Shown here piece after piece: positions 1 through 11,900 of a stretch of DNA of 64,000 bases; within the stretch, counting starts at the first letter, position 1; each line of letters starts with the position of its first letter. This DNA comes from Blastocatellia bacterium (GTDB lineage Bacteria; Acidobacteriota; Blastocatellia; RBC074). The DNA is taken from NCBI GenBank assembly GCA_016789725.1, contig JAEUQN010000001.1, positions 78,588-142,587 on the forward strand, read 5' to 3'. Below the pieces are notes generated by a model. That model saw only the letters and a program-made list of their open reading frames with translations. It ran no database searches and had not been told where the DNA came from. The position numbers were made by a program, and so were the translations under genes.

Positions 1-41
1 ACTCCTTTGCGGTTCTCCCTCGCCCTAAGCTGCAAGATGAA

Positions 42-359
42 TTGCAAATCTTACAACGCAAAGTGCCGACGGCTTCGCGCGCCTTAATCGCGCAAGCGGC
101 GCTGATCGTGAGCGCCTTTCGACTCAAAAGCGGTTTCGTCGAATACCCAGGCATCCGTGAAGCCGAGGACTTTATTCGCCTGCTTTGGCAGCAAGAGGTG
201 GAAGTCATCACGCCGGATGTCCTGGCGAATTGTGTCGGGTTGCTGGTGAAAAACGAACCCGATTATGGGCGGTTTCTCAAGCGGGAAACCTTGGAATATT
301 TGATTGCAGAAAGCGAGGTCACGCACGCCGAAGTAGAAGCCTTTTTGGCGCAAACATGA
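42..359 (+). CDS. hypothetical protein (105 aa)
   Basis: Intact ORF at the window edge. I recognise no motifs. Confidence 0.3.
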   Translation: MQILQRKVPTASRALIAQAALIVSAFRLKSGFVEYPGIREAEDFIRLLWQQEVEVITPDVLANCVGLLVKNEPDYGRFLKRETLEYLIAESEVTHAEVEAFLAQT

Positions 360-411
360 TGTTGTTCTGCGATGTGAGATCGCTCAATTTTCACCGGAAA
401 GGAACGGATTT

Positions 412-1158
412 ATGCAAAAACGAGTTGGGAAAACAATTGAACGCTACGAACGAATCAAAGGCGCTTTTCTGGACAATGTGTCGGTGATGATGGTGTTGGG
501 GACAATGGTGATATTACTGGCCGGCTATTTTGTCTTCGTAGCCTATCAGCGCCGCATTATGCAGGTGGATGTCGAAGTACTTGACCAAACGAAATTCAGT
601 GAAGAGCAAGTTGCGACAGCGAACCAAAAGATTCAACCCATCGTGACGAAGCATCGCCATCTCTACATCGAAGCCGACCGCCTCCGCATCGCTCAAGCTT
701 TAGCTGCGGCTTCCACTGGCATCTACATCCAAGCCATCGTTGAAGACGTGATGCAACATCGCAATCTCACTTACGATGGCAATGTTCTTGTCAATAAGCT
801 GCAAGCCAATAGCCTCCTACCGCCCGGTGTAACCAATGTGGGGAATGGTCGTTGTGTTTCGGAATTTGGTGTCTACGATGTGCGCGCGGACACGAACCAC
901 AACATCATTGAAGTCCTCGCCGTCGGCAAAACCGATGCTGAAAATGGCGATGCCTACCTGGTGCAGCTTAACCCATCCGATGTCAGCCAAACCGTACGCA
1001 TCTGGCGTTCATCGGCGAAGAGCGTTTCTCTCGCCATCGGCCTTCCTGCTGGGCAATTGCTACAAATGGGCTGGCTCAGCGAACCGCTGCGTAATCCGCA
1101 AATTACCGAAGAGGTGAAGGCGCAGGTACAAGGATGGATTCAGAATGGCGGAAAGTGA
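412..1158 (+). CDS. hypothetical membrane-anchored protein (248 aa)
   Basis: N-terminal hydrophobic helix (VMMVLGTMVILLAGYFVFVAY). It is upstream of the coupling-protein gene and may be a conjugation accessory protein. Confidence 0.4.
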   Translation: MQKRVGKTIERYERIKGAFLDNVSVMMVLGTMVILLAGYFVFVAYQRRIMQVDVEVLDQTKFSEEQVATANQKIQPIVTKHRHLYIEADRLRIAQALAAASTGIYIQAIVEDVMQHRNLTYDGNVLVNKLQANSLLPPGVTNVGNGRCVSEFGVYDVRADTNHNIIEVLAVGKTDAENGDAYLVQLNPSDVSQTVRIWRSSAKSVSLAIGLPAGQLLQMGWLSEPLRNPQITEEVKAQVQGWIQNGGK

Positions 1159-1204
1159 TGGGATTGCGGATTTGGGATTACGGCTGATAGCTGATTGAGG
1201 TTTT

Positions 1205-3457
1205 ATGGGAAATATCATTGAAGTTGCGGTTTTCGTTTTCAAGCTGTATCGGAAGTACAAATCACCAATCACGATTTGTAACGAACTCGATTCAGTTTAT
1301 CCCGTGCCGCGTCCGACGGACACACCGTTTTTACCACCATATCAAGCTGTGCAAGCATTGATCTCAATTGGCACGCGCATGTTCACGATTGGCGTGGCCT
1401 CGGTGGTCGGATTGGTGTGCTGGTTGCTTGCGTTCTACTTTCTGCAATTGAGCTTGTTCGGTGTGACCGGGGCGGTTTTGCTCTTTCTGTGTGCCGGGAC
1501 TTTGTTGATTGCTTACTCGGAAGCCAAACAATTACCGCTGGCTTACCAACGCACGCAACAGCGCGTTTCGCAAGGGACGGCCTACTGGATGGAACCGGAG
1601 ATGATGGAGGATGCGGGTATCTTGTTTGATGCGGAGGATGGTTCTGACCGGATGGATCGTCTGGTGAGTCGTTTCTTTCGGTTCTTTGGGGTGAATCGTG
1701 AGCGGTCGGAGCAGGGAAAAGTATTTCCGCCGGAGGAAGGCTTTTTGGAAATGGGCCGGTATGGTTCCAAAATCATTGGCTTGCCGTGGGAGTTGTCTTC
1801 GCGCCACCTGGCATTGTTTGGCAAGACGGGCAGTGGCAAATCCAAGACGTTTTTCATAAACCAGATGCGCCGTTGGGCGAAACAGGGAAGCGTAATTGCC
1901 CTTGACCCCAAAGGCGAGCTGATGTGGCAAACGGGCCGTCATTTCCGCAATGTCTATCGCTTCAATCTGGTAGACCCGCTTGATTCTGACCACTGGAACT
2001 TTGTGCCAGATTGTCGGGATTCTGCGGTTGCCATTGATATTACTTCCATCATCCTGCAACTCGATCCGGTTAATAAAAAGGCAGGGGGCGTTGATCCGTT
2101 TTGGGAAAATGCCGAAGCGCTGTGTTTGTGGGCGCTCTTGATGTTTCTTTCGTCCTGTCGGAACGCGGACGGCTCGCCGATGATCCCGGCTGATCTCTCG
2201 CGTCTCATCTCTGCCCCGGAAGAATTCGCCACCGAAGAACAAATCGAACGGGCGAAAAAGACGGCGGAAGTCTCGCCGACGCGCTCCTTCAATGTGTCGC
2301 TCATCAATGACCTGATGATGTCCGTACCGGGCGAAATCGGCAAAGAAATCAAACACGCCTGGGGCATGTTTACAATTGTGAAGCAGGAAGGGCACGGGAA
2401 TGTCCTGCTCGGTTTGGGCGTGCGTTTGCGCAGCTTCATGACGGCAACCGTGCGCAGTCTCGCACAACCAATTGGTGGCAAAACCAATGCGCGCTGGATT
2501 TCTTTCAAAGAACTGCGCCAACCCGGTACGGCAGTTTTCCTCATCGTCAACGAAGGCGATACGGCCACCTATCAAGGCTTGCTCGCAACCTTCATGGGGA
2601 TGGCCACGCAGGCCTTGCGCAAGTCCGGCGAAAGCAAACGCGATGCGAAAGTGCTGTGCCTGTTTGATGAAGCGGGCAATATTCCAATTTGGGGGTTAGC
2701 GGAGTTGTTGGGCTTGGGTCGTGGGCGAATGATTTCGGTCGTCTGCTGTTACCAAACGGTCAATCAAATCTATTCCCAGTATGGTAAGGAAAAGGGCGAT
2801 ACGATCTTGGATTTGTTCACCAACTATCTGTTTCTCCCCGGCGCAACGAATCAAACAGCGGAACTGATTACGAAGCTGCTGGATAAGACGACAACGTGGT
2901 CACACACCGCCGTCAATGTTCTCGGTGGTTCTGAAGGTGATAACGAGCGTTCGGCGGAGATCGGGCGGGAATTGATGACGGTTGGTGAAGTGCGACAGTT
3001 GGTCGAATACAAACAAGCGTTAGCGATTGTCTCGACCTTACCACCGATTAAGCTGGCTTTCCCGAAATTCGCTTTTGATGCAGACTTGCCGAGGTTCAAA
3101 ATCGAAGGCGTTGTACTGGAGAAAGTTTCGTCTGCTGCTGTGTTAGAAGATGCAGCGGAGCCGGGGGAATTGGTTGAAGCAGTGGAAATTCAACCCCTCG
3201 CGGTTGCGCCCGCGCCGCCTGTACAGAAGGAATCGCTGATTGATTTTCTCGCCCTGGTGAATAGCGCGAAATCTGCCCCCGCTTCCTCCGTCGAAGTTGC
3301 TTCTCCAGCGGTGACCGATGAAAGCCCCGATGCTGCTCCTCCCTTGCCTCCGACACCTTCCCCCAAACCCAATAATGCGCGTCTCATCAAAGCGACCCCG
3401 CCGGTTTATGATCCATTTGACGAAGACCTCATCGAAAGGGACCCCACACTGTTATGA
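1205..3457 (+). CDS. Type IV secretion coupling protein (VirD4/TraG/TraD family ATPase)
   Basis: N-terminal TM helices. Walker A FGKTGSGKSKT is followed by VIALDPKGEL, as in VirD4/TraG. A Walker-B-like LFDEAGNIP is present. The C-terminal tail is Pro-rich and acidic. Confidence 0.7.
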   Translation: MGNIIEVAVFVFKLYRKYKSPITICNELDSVYPVPRPTDTPFLPPYQAVQALISIGTRMFTIGVASVVGLVCWLLAFYFLQLSLFGVTGAVLLFLCAGTLLIAYSEAKQLPLAYQRTQQRVSQGTAYWMEPEMMEDAGILFDAEDGSDRMDRLVSRFFRFFGVNRERSEQGKVFPPEEGFLEMGRYGSKIIGLPWELSSRHLALFGKTGSGKSKTFFINQMRRWAKQGSVIALDPKGELMWQTGRHFRNVYRFNLVDPLDSDHWNFVPDCRDSAVAIDITSIILQLDPVNKKAGGVDPFWENAEALCLWALLMFLSSCRNADGSPMIPADLSRLISAPEEFATEEQIERAKKTAEVSPTRSFNVSLINDLMMSVPGEIGKEIKHAWGMFTIVKQEGHGNVLLGLGVRLRSFMTATVRSLAQPIGGKTNARWISFKELRQPGTAVFLIVNEGDTATYQGLLATFMGMATQALRKSGESKRDAKVLCLFDEAGNIPIWGLAELLGLGRGRMISVVCCYQTVNQIYSQYGKEKGDTILDLFTNYLFLPGATNQTAELITKLLDKTTTWSHTAVNVLGGSEGDNERSAEIGRELMTVGEVRQLVEYKQALAIVSTLPPIKLAFPKFAFDADLPRFKIEGVVLEKVSSAAVLEDAAEPGELVEAVEIQPLAVAPAPPVQKESLIDFLALVNSAKSAPASSVEVASPAVTDESPDAAPPLPPTPSPKPNNARLIKATPPVYDPFDEDLIERDPTLL

Positions 3458-3981
3458 ATCATTTTGGCGATCAGCAACAACGCTTCTTTATCACCTACAT
3501 CATCGCAATTGTGGCGGTGATCGTCTGTCTCGGCGCGTTTCTCTATCGGGGTTACGCCGACGACAAAGCCATCGCAGCGTTTCTTCCTCAATGCAAAGCA
3601 CGCTCGTTCGTGAAGCTGATGGTGGAGTACCGCAAGCAGAGGCAGGAATTTCCGGTGGATTGGATGGAATTAAAACAAGCGACTCCAGCGCTCGCAAAGG
3701 TGGAGTGGAAATCCATTGGCATGCAGCAAATCACGCTCGCCAATTATCGCTACGTCATCACGCGCCTGCCCGAAGATCGCGCGGCGTTGTGGGCATTCCC
3801 TATCGGTGACTATCGCACGCGCGGCCCGGCCTATTGTGTGATCCTCGGTGCATCCTGGGCGCGTGTCTGGGGGCGACGTGCGCTTTCCGATGAAGCGATC
3901 TTTTCTTTGCCTGTGATTCCAACAGCGGAGGTTTTGCAGGAAGCGAGGTTTCAGGAAGTGCCGACGGACAAGTTGCAGTGA
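3454..3981 (+). CDS. hypothetical membrane-anchored protein (175 aa)
   Basis: Start overlaps the T4CP stop (ATGA-type coupling). N-terminal TM helix. Confidence 0.4.
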   Translation: MNHFGDQQQRFFITYIIAIVAVIVCLGAFLYRGYADDKAIAAFLPQCKARSFVKLMVEYRKQRQEFPVDWMELKQATPALAKVEWKSIGMQQITLANYRYVITRLPEDRAALWAFPIGDYRTRGPAYCVILGASWARVWGRRALSDEAIFSLPVIPTAEVLQEARFQEVPTDKLQ

Positions 3982-4283
3982 ATGTTTTTCATTCTAACCG
4001 ACCTAAAGAGAGGCTGCGTTTGTTTCAGATAGAACGAGAAGAAGAAGGCGCGGGATTATTGTTGACGAACGATCTGAGCCTACTAGCGAAATGGATCGTC
4101 AAGCATTATCAGCAGTGGCCGGATATTGAGCAGGATTACGAGCAACTCAAGAGCAGCAGTTGGTTGCTGACCAGAGCGAGATCCACGGTCACGGCCTCAC
4201 CGTTGCCAGGCTGTCCCCTGCTTGATGGCCGAATATTTTCGCAAGAGACAGGTGCCTATTTCCACCAAAGACAAAATGCTTGA
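3978..4283 (+). CDS. hypothetical protein (101 aa)
   Basis: Translationally coupled to the upstream gene. No motifs. Confidence 0.35.
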   Translation: MNVFHSNRPKERLRLFQIEREEEGAGLLLTNDLSLLAKWIVKHYQQWPDIEQDYEQLKSSSWLLTRARSTVTASPLPGCPLLDGRIFSQETGAYFHQRQNA

Positions 4284-4818
4284 ATAATCTATTCCTGAAG
4301 ACTAGCATAGCGCCGCTCATACAAATGGAAGTAATTTTGCTCGTTAGAGGGTGATCCTCATTTGGCTTTATTGGTTTTTTCGGTAACACATTTCATCTTT
4401 CTGTTTGTGTGAGCGCCAAGTGGCTTGCAATACAGAAGAGCGGTTTTATTAGCAGAGGCCCGTTTCCTTAGTATATGAGATAGGAATTCTACTCAGTCCG
4501 CCCCGGCCTGTCTCTAAATCACAATATCGCAGTACCAAACATGGGTTTCCTCCAAGGGTAAGGTCGAGCATGCATCTGGCGGATTTTCACACCAAACATT
4601 TTGTGTATGAATTGACCAGACGCTTTGCCTCCGATAGGGTCGAGAAACTGGCAGGAGCTGCGGCGGTCGCGCAAGTAGATTGGAATCTGCATCAGGTGGG
4701 TACTGCTTTGTTTCGCTTCTCAGTTGCCGCAAGGTAGAAAGTTGATCGAAGAAGTTTCAGATCACCAGGAACAACAGGAACCTCGGATCACACTTAGCAG
4801 GGAAGAGGTTTTTAAGCA

Positions 4819-5913
4819 ATGGGTATCTGGGTCGAAATCTTAAAACTTGGTGGCGCGGGCGAATATACGATAGCGCGAAAGATGCTCGCGCTGAACCTGC
4901 CTTTTTCATTACGAGATTTTGCTCCGTCAAGTGCAAGTCAGCGTCAGTATCACGGCGTGCTCCCGCGTGCCGTCAGGCGGTTTGCCATGACCCTTCCTAC
5001 CAACGAAAAAGGGTTGCTCCAGAGCTGCGAATCAGATTTTATTGATACTCTCCTGACAGATGTCTGTGAAGAAGTTGAACGGACATTATTACTGGTGGAG
5101 CTATGCCATCGGGAACCACAAGTGACGATAGAGCAGTTGCAACAGCTTTTCCCCTGGTCGCAAGGTCTCAAGCGAAGCGAGGGTTGGAAAAGAGCACGGC
5201 TGCTGGGGTATCTCCGCTCCTTTCAGGCTGTAGGAGTACATCTTCCTCCTGATGTTTGTCACACGGTTGCAGCCGCCGCTGAGCAGGAAGTCCCGGTCTT
5301 TTTATTTGATGAAATTGCTTATGCCGTGTCTGGTAGGCGAATGGAGCAAGGCTGGAAGGATTTCAAAGAAGAGATGGAGTGGAGTGATAGATTTGTCGGA
5401 ATCATCACCGGCGAAGAGGATATGTCAAGCGCCGCTGAGTGCTTGGATTATAGTTCCATTGTCTCCGCGCGATGGCTGGTCAATCCGATTGATGAAGACG
5501 CCGAGCATAAGGTCGAGTGGCTCCTCTTAGGAAGGGAGGTAAGCCCTGATTTGATGGCGCTCCTGGATTCTTTGCACGCGAACAGCCCAACCGATGGCTA
5601 TAGGCCGATTGCTTGGCATAATGTTTTTTGGAATCTCTCTTCCAACTATGAATCTCTGCCCCTCGCGCTGGAACTGCGAAGCCCTTTTCAAGAAACCGAT
5701 CAGGAATTGGCAGATCATATTGTCTCTCATTACACCGAAGTGAAGAGTACCTCGCGCCCTGTCATTTCACGGCGGAGAAAAAAGCTGTATGACATTTGTG
5801 CGGAGCGCATCATCCGCCGTCTGCGAGAATATTTCGCGCCGACGGAAAAAAATGTGATTGAGGTGAACAAAACGAAATCGGAATCACACTTACCCTTGAG
5901 TGAGGAACAATGA
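4819..5913 (+). CDS. hypothetical protein, first gene of the defense-like operon (364 aa)
   Basis: Stop overlaps the start of the 2104-aa helicase gene (ATGA). I recognise no domain. It is preceded by a 535-bp AT-richer intergenic region. Confidence 0.5.
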   Translation: MGIWVEILKLGGAGEYTIARKMLALNLPFSLRDFAPSSASQRQYHGVLPRAVRRFAMTLPTNEKGLLQSCESDFIDTLLTDVCEEVERTLLLVELCHREPQVTIEQLQQLFPWSQGLKRSEGWKRARLLGYLRSFQAVGVHLPPDVCHTVAAAAEQEVPVFLFDEIAYAVSGRRMEQGWKDFKEEMEWSDRFVGIITGEEDMSSAAECLDYSSIVSARWLVNPIDEDAEHKVEWLLLGREVSPDLMALLDSLHANSPTDGYRPIAWHNVFWNLSSNYESLPLALELRSPFQETDQELADHIVSHYTEVKSTSRPVISRRRKKLYDICAERIIRRLREYFAPTEKNVIEVNKTKSESHLPLSEEQ

Positions 5914-8900
5914 GCGGAACAACAACCATCTCGATCTCATCGGCGCTGCTACAAAAGGCGGCGCAATATGCGAGGCTATGTTCTGCTGCGGCCACGCGCG
6001 AACGTGTGTTGGTTTCTCATACGGTAATGCTCGCTGTGCAGGAATATCTGGAAAAGGTGCTAGGCGTAGCAGCGGAGCAGGGGCGTTCGCCCCAACTAAA
6101 ATTTGTCGAATTGCTTGATCTGGCAGATTTCCGTTTACAAGGATGGTCGCTTGAGGTACGGGCGATAACGTCGGTGGTCGAGCCCGCCCTTTATGTTCCT
6201 ACTATGCCCATGCTTGTCGGGGCGTTGGCAGATCATTACTTGGCGGCACAAGTGAATCGCTCGCTGACAGAGATAGAGGTCTTTGGCTTTGCCTGTCGAG
6301 AGGATTTGTCTGAAGCTGAATTGAGCGCGAATGGTCTCTTCGCCATCTTGCCAAGTGACTTACTGAGACCATTTGTCGAGTTGCCTTCGCTTCTCAGTAA
6401 ACCCTCTCGCAAAGACCCTGCGCCAGGAAGCGCATTTGAGGAATGGCAGGTACGAGGGGAGCGATTGTTATTGAACGTGAGTGAATGGCTCACAAACGAA
6501 GCTGTCTTTAGCCCAGAACAAATTGGGCACTTAGCCGCAGGACTGCGGGATGAGGTGCTGCGCGTTTACGGCGAACATCTGCCCGCTACTGGGGTAGAGC
6601 CATTACTAGAGCAACTCTTTCGTCGCTTTGGCATGCGACGCCCTGTACCGGCACCACCGCAGAGTGATTTGTTGTTTGCTCCTAGTGCCGAGGAGCAAAC
6701 AGAATTTGCGCGCTGGGAAAACCGGGAAAGCTATTTTCAGGACAACCTATATCCGGCGGAACGCGCGTCGCTTTACCGCTACTTACTGGCGGATGAAGCC
6801 GCCTTGCAGGAACATCGGCAAATGAGAAAGACGCTGGATCGGGCGACGAAAGGGAAACACCTGGCGTCACCACAGCGACGAAAACGGATGGCCCGACAGC
6901 AACAAAGTCGTTCCGTTTCTGCCACGCTGGAGACAGAACCTATCGCCCCAGACTTGCTCACAGCACTCACACAGGAAAGGGAATTCATGACAGGATCACC
7001 ATCATACGCACCTCACACGGCATCGAATGATTCGATGAATATCTTTGCATTTCGGGATCGCTTGATCGCTGATTACGCCAGCTATGTACAAAGCTTTATT
7101 CAAATTCGTAATCCCCGCGTTCGTGATTACGTCAACGAGCAACTCAATGCGGGTGTCTTTTACCCGGAGCCGTTGATTCAATTGAATCCCTCTTTTGCTC
7201 TTGGCGATTCACTTGACCAACTCATCACTGATCAGGTGTTGCATCCCGAATGTGCGAACATCTTTCGCAAAGATAAAGAAGATACGATTAGTTCAGGCCG
7301 ACTGCTTAATCTTCACCAGCATCAGACGGAAGCGATCAAAGCTGCACAGAAAGGCCATAATTATGTGCTGACGACCGGAACGGGATCGGGCAAAAGCCTC
7401 TCGTACATCATTCCTATCGTGAATCACGTTTTGCGGAATGGCACGGGGCGCGGCATTCAGGCGATTGTTGTCTATCCGATGAATGCACTGGCAAATAGTC
7501 AATTCGGTGAGTTGGAGAAGTTTTTATGTCGTGGGTATCCAGATGGGCCACCTGTTACTTTTGACAAATACACAGGACAGGAAAATGAGGAGGAACGAAA
7601 GCGCATTACACACAATCCTCCTGATATATTGCTCACAAACTATGTGATGTTGGAGCTGATCCTGACGCGCCCGGCTGAGCGGAAAATCATTGAAGCCGCT
7701 CGCGGGTTGCGATTTCTCGTCCTGGATGAATTACATACCTATCGTGGGCGGCAAGGCGCGGATGTGGCCTTACTCGTGCGGCGTGTGCGTGATCGCTTAC
7801 AAGCGAATGAACTGCAATGCGTCGGTACTTCTGCCACGATTGCCGGTGGTGGCACGTTCGAGGAACAACGAACAGAAGTGGCGCGTGTTGCAACACGGCT
7901 CTTTGGGGCAGCGGTGCGCCCGGAGGCCGTCATCATGGAAACGCTACGGCGCACCACCCCAGACCACGATGAACAGGATGCGAAGTTTGTCGCGGAGTTG
8001 AAGCAGCGTCTGGTTGAGATTCGTAAGGGAGAGCTTTTTGCGCGGGATTATGCCAGCTTTGTGAACGACCCATTGGCCATCTGGATCGAAAGCACATTAG
8101 GGGTCAAATCGAAAGACGGGCGACTCGTCAGATGCCAGCCACAAAGCATTACCGGCGAAGAAGGCGCGGCGAAAAAGCTTAGTGATCTGACTGGTATTGA
8201 GCGAGACCACTGTGAGGCTGCGATTGTGCGGGCTTTATTAGCGGGCTATGAATGTGAAAAGAATCCAGCCACGGGGTTCGCGCCCTTTGCTTTTCGCCTC
8301 CATCAATTCATCAGTCGTGGAGATACCGTCTATGCCACACTGGAAGAAGAAGCGGCACGCTATCTCACCATTTATGGACAACAGTACAGGCCCGGATCGC
8401 GTGAACACGTATTGCTCCCGCTCGTTTTCTGCCGTGAATGCGGGCAGGAGTATTACGGAGTACGACGTATCTACAATAAACAAAATCGGCCTGACCATTT
8501 CGCTCCACGCCAATTGAATGATCAATTAAGCGATCAGGAGAGCGAAGCTGGATTTCTTTACTTCAGCACGGACAGGCCATTTCCGACCGATGAAGAACAG
8601 ATTATCAATGAAAATCGTGTGCCCGATGATTGGGTTGAAGAACGAAAGGGGAAGTGGCGTATTCGGAAAGATCGCCAGGCAGATTTACCACGAACTATCT
8701 TGTTGGGGACAGATGGTGTGGAAGCGCCAGAGGGGAGGCACTTCAGTTATATCGCCGCGCCGTTCCGCTTCTGTCTCTGTTGTGGTGTGGCCTACGGTAT
8801 GCGGCAGCGCGATGATTTTGCGAAGCTTTCCTCGCTGGGTTCGGAAGGCCGGAGCACCGCCACCACGATTACCAGTCTTTCGGCGATTCGCTCCTTGCGT

Positions 8901-11900
8901 CGTTCCTCCTTGCCACAACACGCGCGCAAGCTGTTGAGCTTTACGGACAATCGGCAGGACGCTTCTTTGCAAGCGGGCCACTTCAACGACTTCATTGAAA
9001 CGACACTTTTACGCTCAGCCCTTTATCAGGCGGTGCGCAATGCCGGGGCCAATGGTATCAGCTACGATGAACTGACAGGAAAAGCCTTTGACGCATTGCA
9101 ATTGCCGCGCAAGCTATACGCCAAAAACCCGGAAGAGAAATTTCAGCACATCAAAGATACTGACCGCGCTTTGCGCGAGGTCATCGGCTATCGCCTCTAT
9201 CGTGATTTAGAACGGGGCTGGCGCATTACCATGCCGAATCTGGAGCAGTGCGGGCTTTTGCGTATGGAGTATCAATCATTGGATGAACTTTGTGCGGAAG
9301 AAAGCGAATGGATGAATTGTCATCCGTCGCTGACGACAGCAACGCCAGCAGTACGACAACAGATCGCCAAAGTGTTGTTGGATTTCATGCGCCGCGAATT
9401 GACCATCAACGTGAGTTATCTGGATTCACGCGAGCAGGAAAAGATCAAACAACAAAGCAATCAACGTCTCATCGCTCCATGGGCGATAGATGAAAATGAG
9501 AAACTTGAATACGCCGGAATTCTCTTTGCGCGGTCGCGCAAGCCCGGTGATCCTGCCGAAAATACTTATCTTTCGGCGCGCGGTGGCTTTGGGCAATATC
9601 TGCGGCGCACGACAACCTTTACCGACCTGCACCATCGTCTGGACTTGAACGAGACAGAAACGATCATCGCGGACTTACTGCGGATTTTGGCCACAGCCGG
9701 GCTTGTCACAAAAGTCGTAGAGGAACAGAAAGAGGAAGTCGCGGGGTATCAGCTCATGGCGTCGGCCTTACGTTGGACAGTGAGCGATGGTGCGCAGGCA
9801 TTTCACGACCCCATCCGCATGCCCAATGTGCCAGAGGGCGGTGGTCGAACCAATCCCTATTTTGTGAACTTCTATCGCGACCTAACGACGGATTTGCAGG
9901 GTTTGGAAGCGCGTGAGCATACCGCCCAAGTGCAATATGAGTTGCGCGAGGAACGAGAAGAAAAGTTCAAAACAGCGGAATTGCCCATTCTTTATTGCTC
10001 GCCCACGATGGAGCTTGGCGTGGACATCACCGAACTTAATGTGGTGAATATGCGCAACATGCCGCCCACGCCTGCCAATTATGCGCAACGCAGCGGGCGC
10101 GCTGGGCGCAGCGGCCAACCGGCCTTAGTTTTTACTTACTGTACGACCGGTAGCCCGCACGATCAGTATTTCTTCAAACGCCCCGATTTGATGGTGTCCG
10201 GGCAGGTTTCCCCGCCCCGTCTTGATCTGGCAAATGAAGATTTGGTGCGGGCGCATGTTCATGCGATCTGGTTGGCGGAGACAGGCATTTCGCTGGGAAA
10301 ATCCCTGAAAGAGATTCTTGATCTCTCCGGTGAAGAATTAACGCTAGATTTGTTCGAGAGCATCAAATTGCAGGCGGATGCACCTGTCGTCAGGCAACGC
10401 GCAAGTTTATTGGCAGAGAAAATGATGGCCACGATCAAACCGGATTTAGAGGCGTGCGACTGGTACGGCGAGACCTGGTTGGATGAAGTCTTAACGCAGG
10501 CTACAACCCGGTTTGATCGCACCTGCAACCGCTGGCGTGATTTGTATCGTTCTGCCTTAAAGGAGCGGGAACTCCAAAATGACATCATCATCCATCACGA
10601 GCGTAGCCCGCAAGATAAGGAGTTGGCGAAACGAGTGCGCGGGTTAGCTGAATCCCAACTCAAACTTTTGACCGAAGTAGAGAACGTCGCACAATCAGAT
10701 TTTTACAGCTACCGTTATTTTGCGAGCGAAGGCTTTTTGCCCGGGTACAATTTCCCGCGTTTACCGGTATCGGCCTTTATCCCGGCGCGTCGCAATAAGC
10801 AACGTGACGAATTCGTTTCGCGCCCGCGCTTTCTTGCCATTTCAGAATTTGGCCCGCGCGCTTTGGTTTATCACGAAGGCTCAAAATACGTCATCAATAA
10901 GGTCATTCTTCCGATCAGCGAAGGCGGCGATGTCTTGACGCAGCGCGCCAAGCTCTGCGAAGGCTGTGGCTATCTGCACGAGATTACACAAGGGGAAGGA
11001 CTGGATTTGTGCGAACGCTGTCAGCGCCCATTGAGTGCGCCGTTAACCTCACTCTTCCGGCTCCAAAATGTCTCGACGCGGCGGCGTGACAAAATCAACT
11101 CAGATGAAGAGGAGCGCATTCGACTCGGCTATGAAATTATTACCGGCGTGCGTTTCAGCGAGCATGCCGGCCAGCAAGTTTGCCGCACGGCTGAGGTATG
11201 CGTCGGCGATCAAGTCATTGCCCGTCTTTTCTACGGGCAGGCAGCCACCTTATGGCGGATCAATTTGGGATGGGCGCGCCGCCAAAATAAAAACCTGCAC
11301 GGATTCGTTTTGGATGTGGAGCGAGGCTATTGGAAGAGCGAAAGCGATGCCGCAACGGATGACCAGGAAGACCCCATCTCTCGTCGCACCTCGCGCGTGA
11401 TCCCTTATGTGGAAGACACCCGCAACTGCTTAATGATCGAACCGGTCGCGCCGCTCGCGGAAGAGCAAATGGCATCTTTGCAGGCCGCGCTCAAAAACGC
11501 GATTCAGGTACGGTATCAGCTCGAAGACAATGAACTGGCAGCGGAACCGTTACCCACGGTCTATGATCGGCGGCTTTTGCTGTTCTATGAATCTGCTGAA
11601 GGTGGTGCCGGTGTGTTGCGGAGAATGCTGGAAGACGAACAGGCATTTGCAAAGGTTGCCGCAACAGCTCTCGAATTGTGCCACTACACGATTGACGGAA
11701 TAGATCAGCGTCGCGCCTTACGGGCCAAAGAGGACTGTGAAGCAGCTTGCTACGATTGTCTGATGAGCTATTTCAACCAGCGCGAACATCGTCTACTGGA
11801 TCGGAATTTGATTCGTCGAGAGCTATTGCAATTTGCCAATGCGCTGGTCAAAGAGTCACCGACTTCTGTTCCTCGCGCCACTCATCTCGAACAATTGTTA

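Noticed and set aside
1532-2575. 347-aa minus-strand ORF inside the T4CP gene
   Set aside because: Antisense shadow ORF of a gene with clear Walker A and DPKGE motifs. Arg/Pro-rich composition typical of reverse-frame translation in GC-rich DNA.
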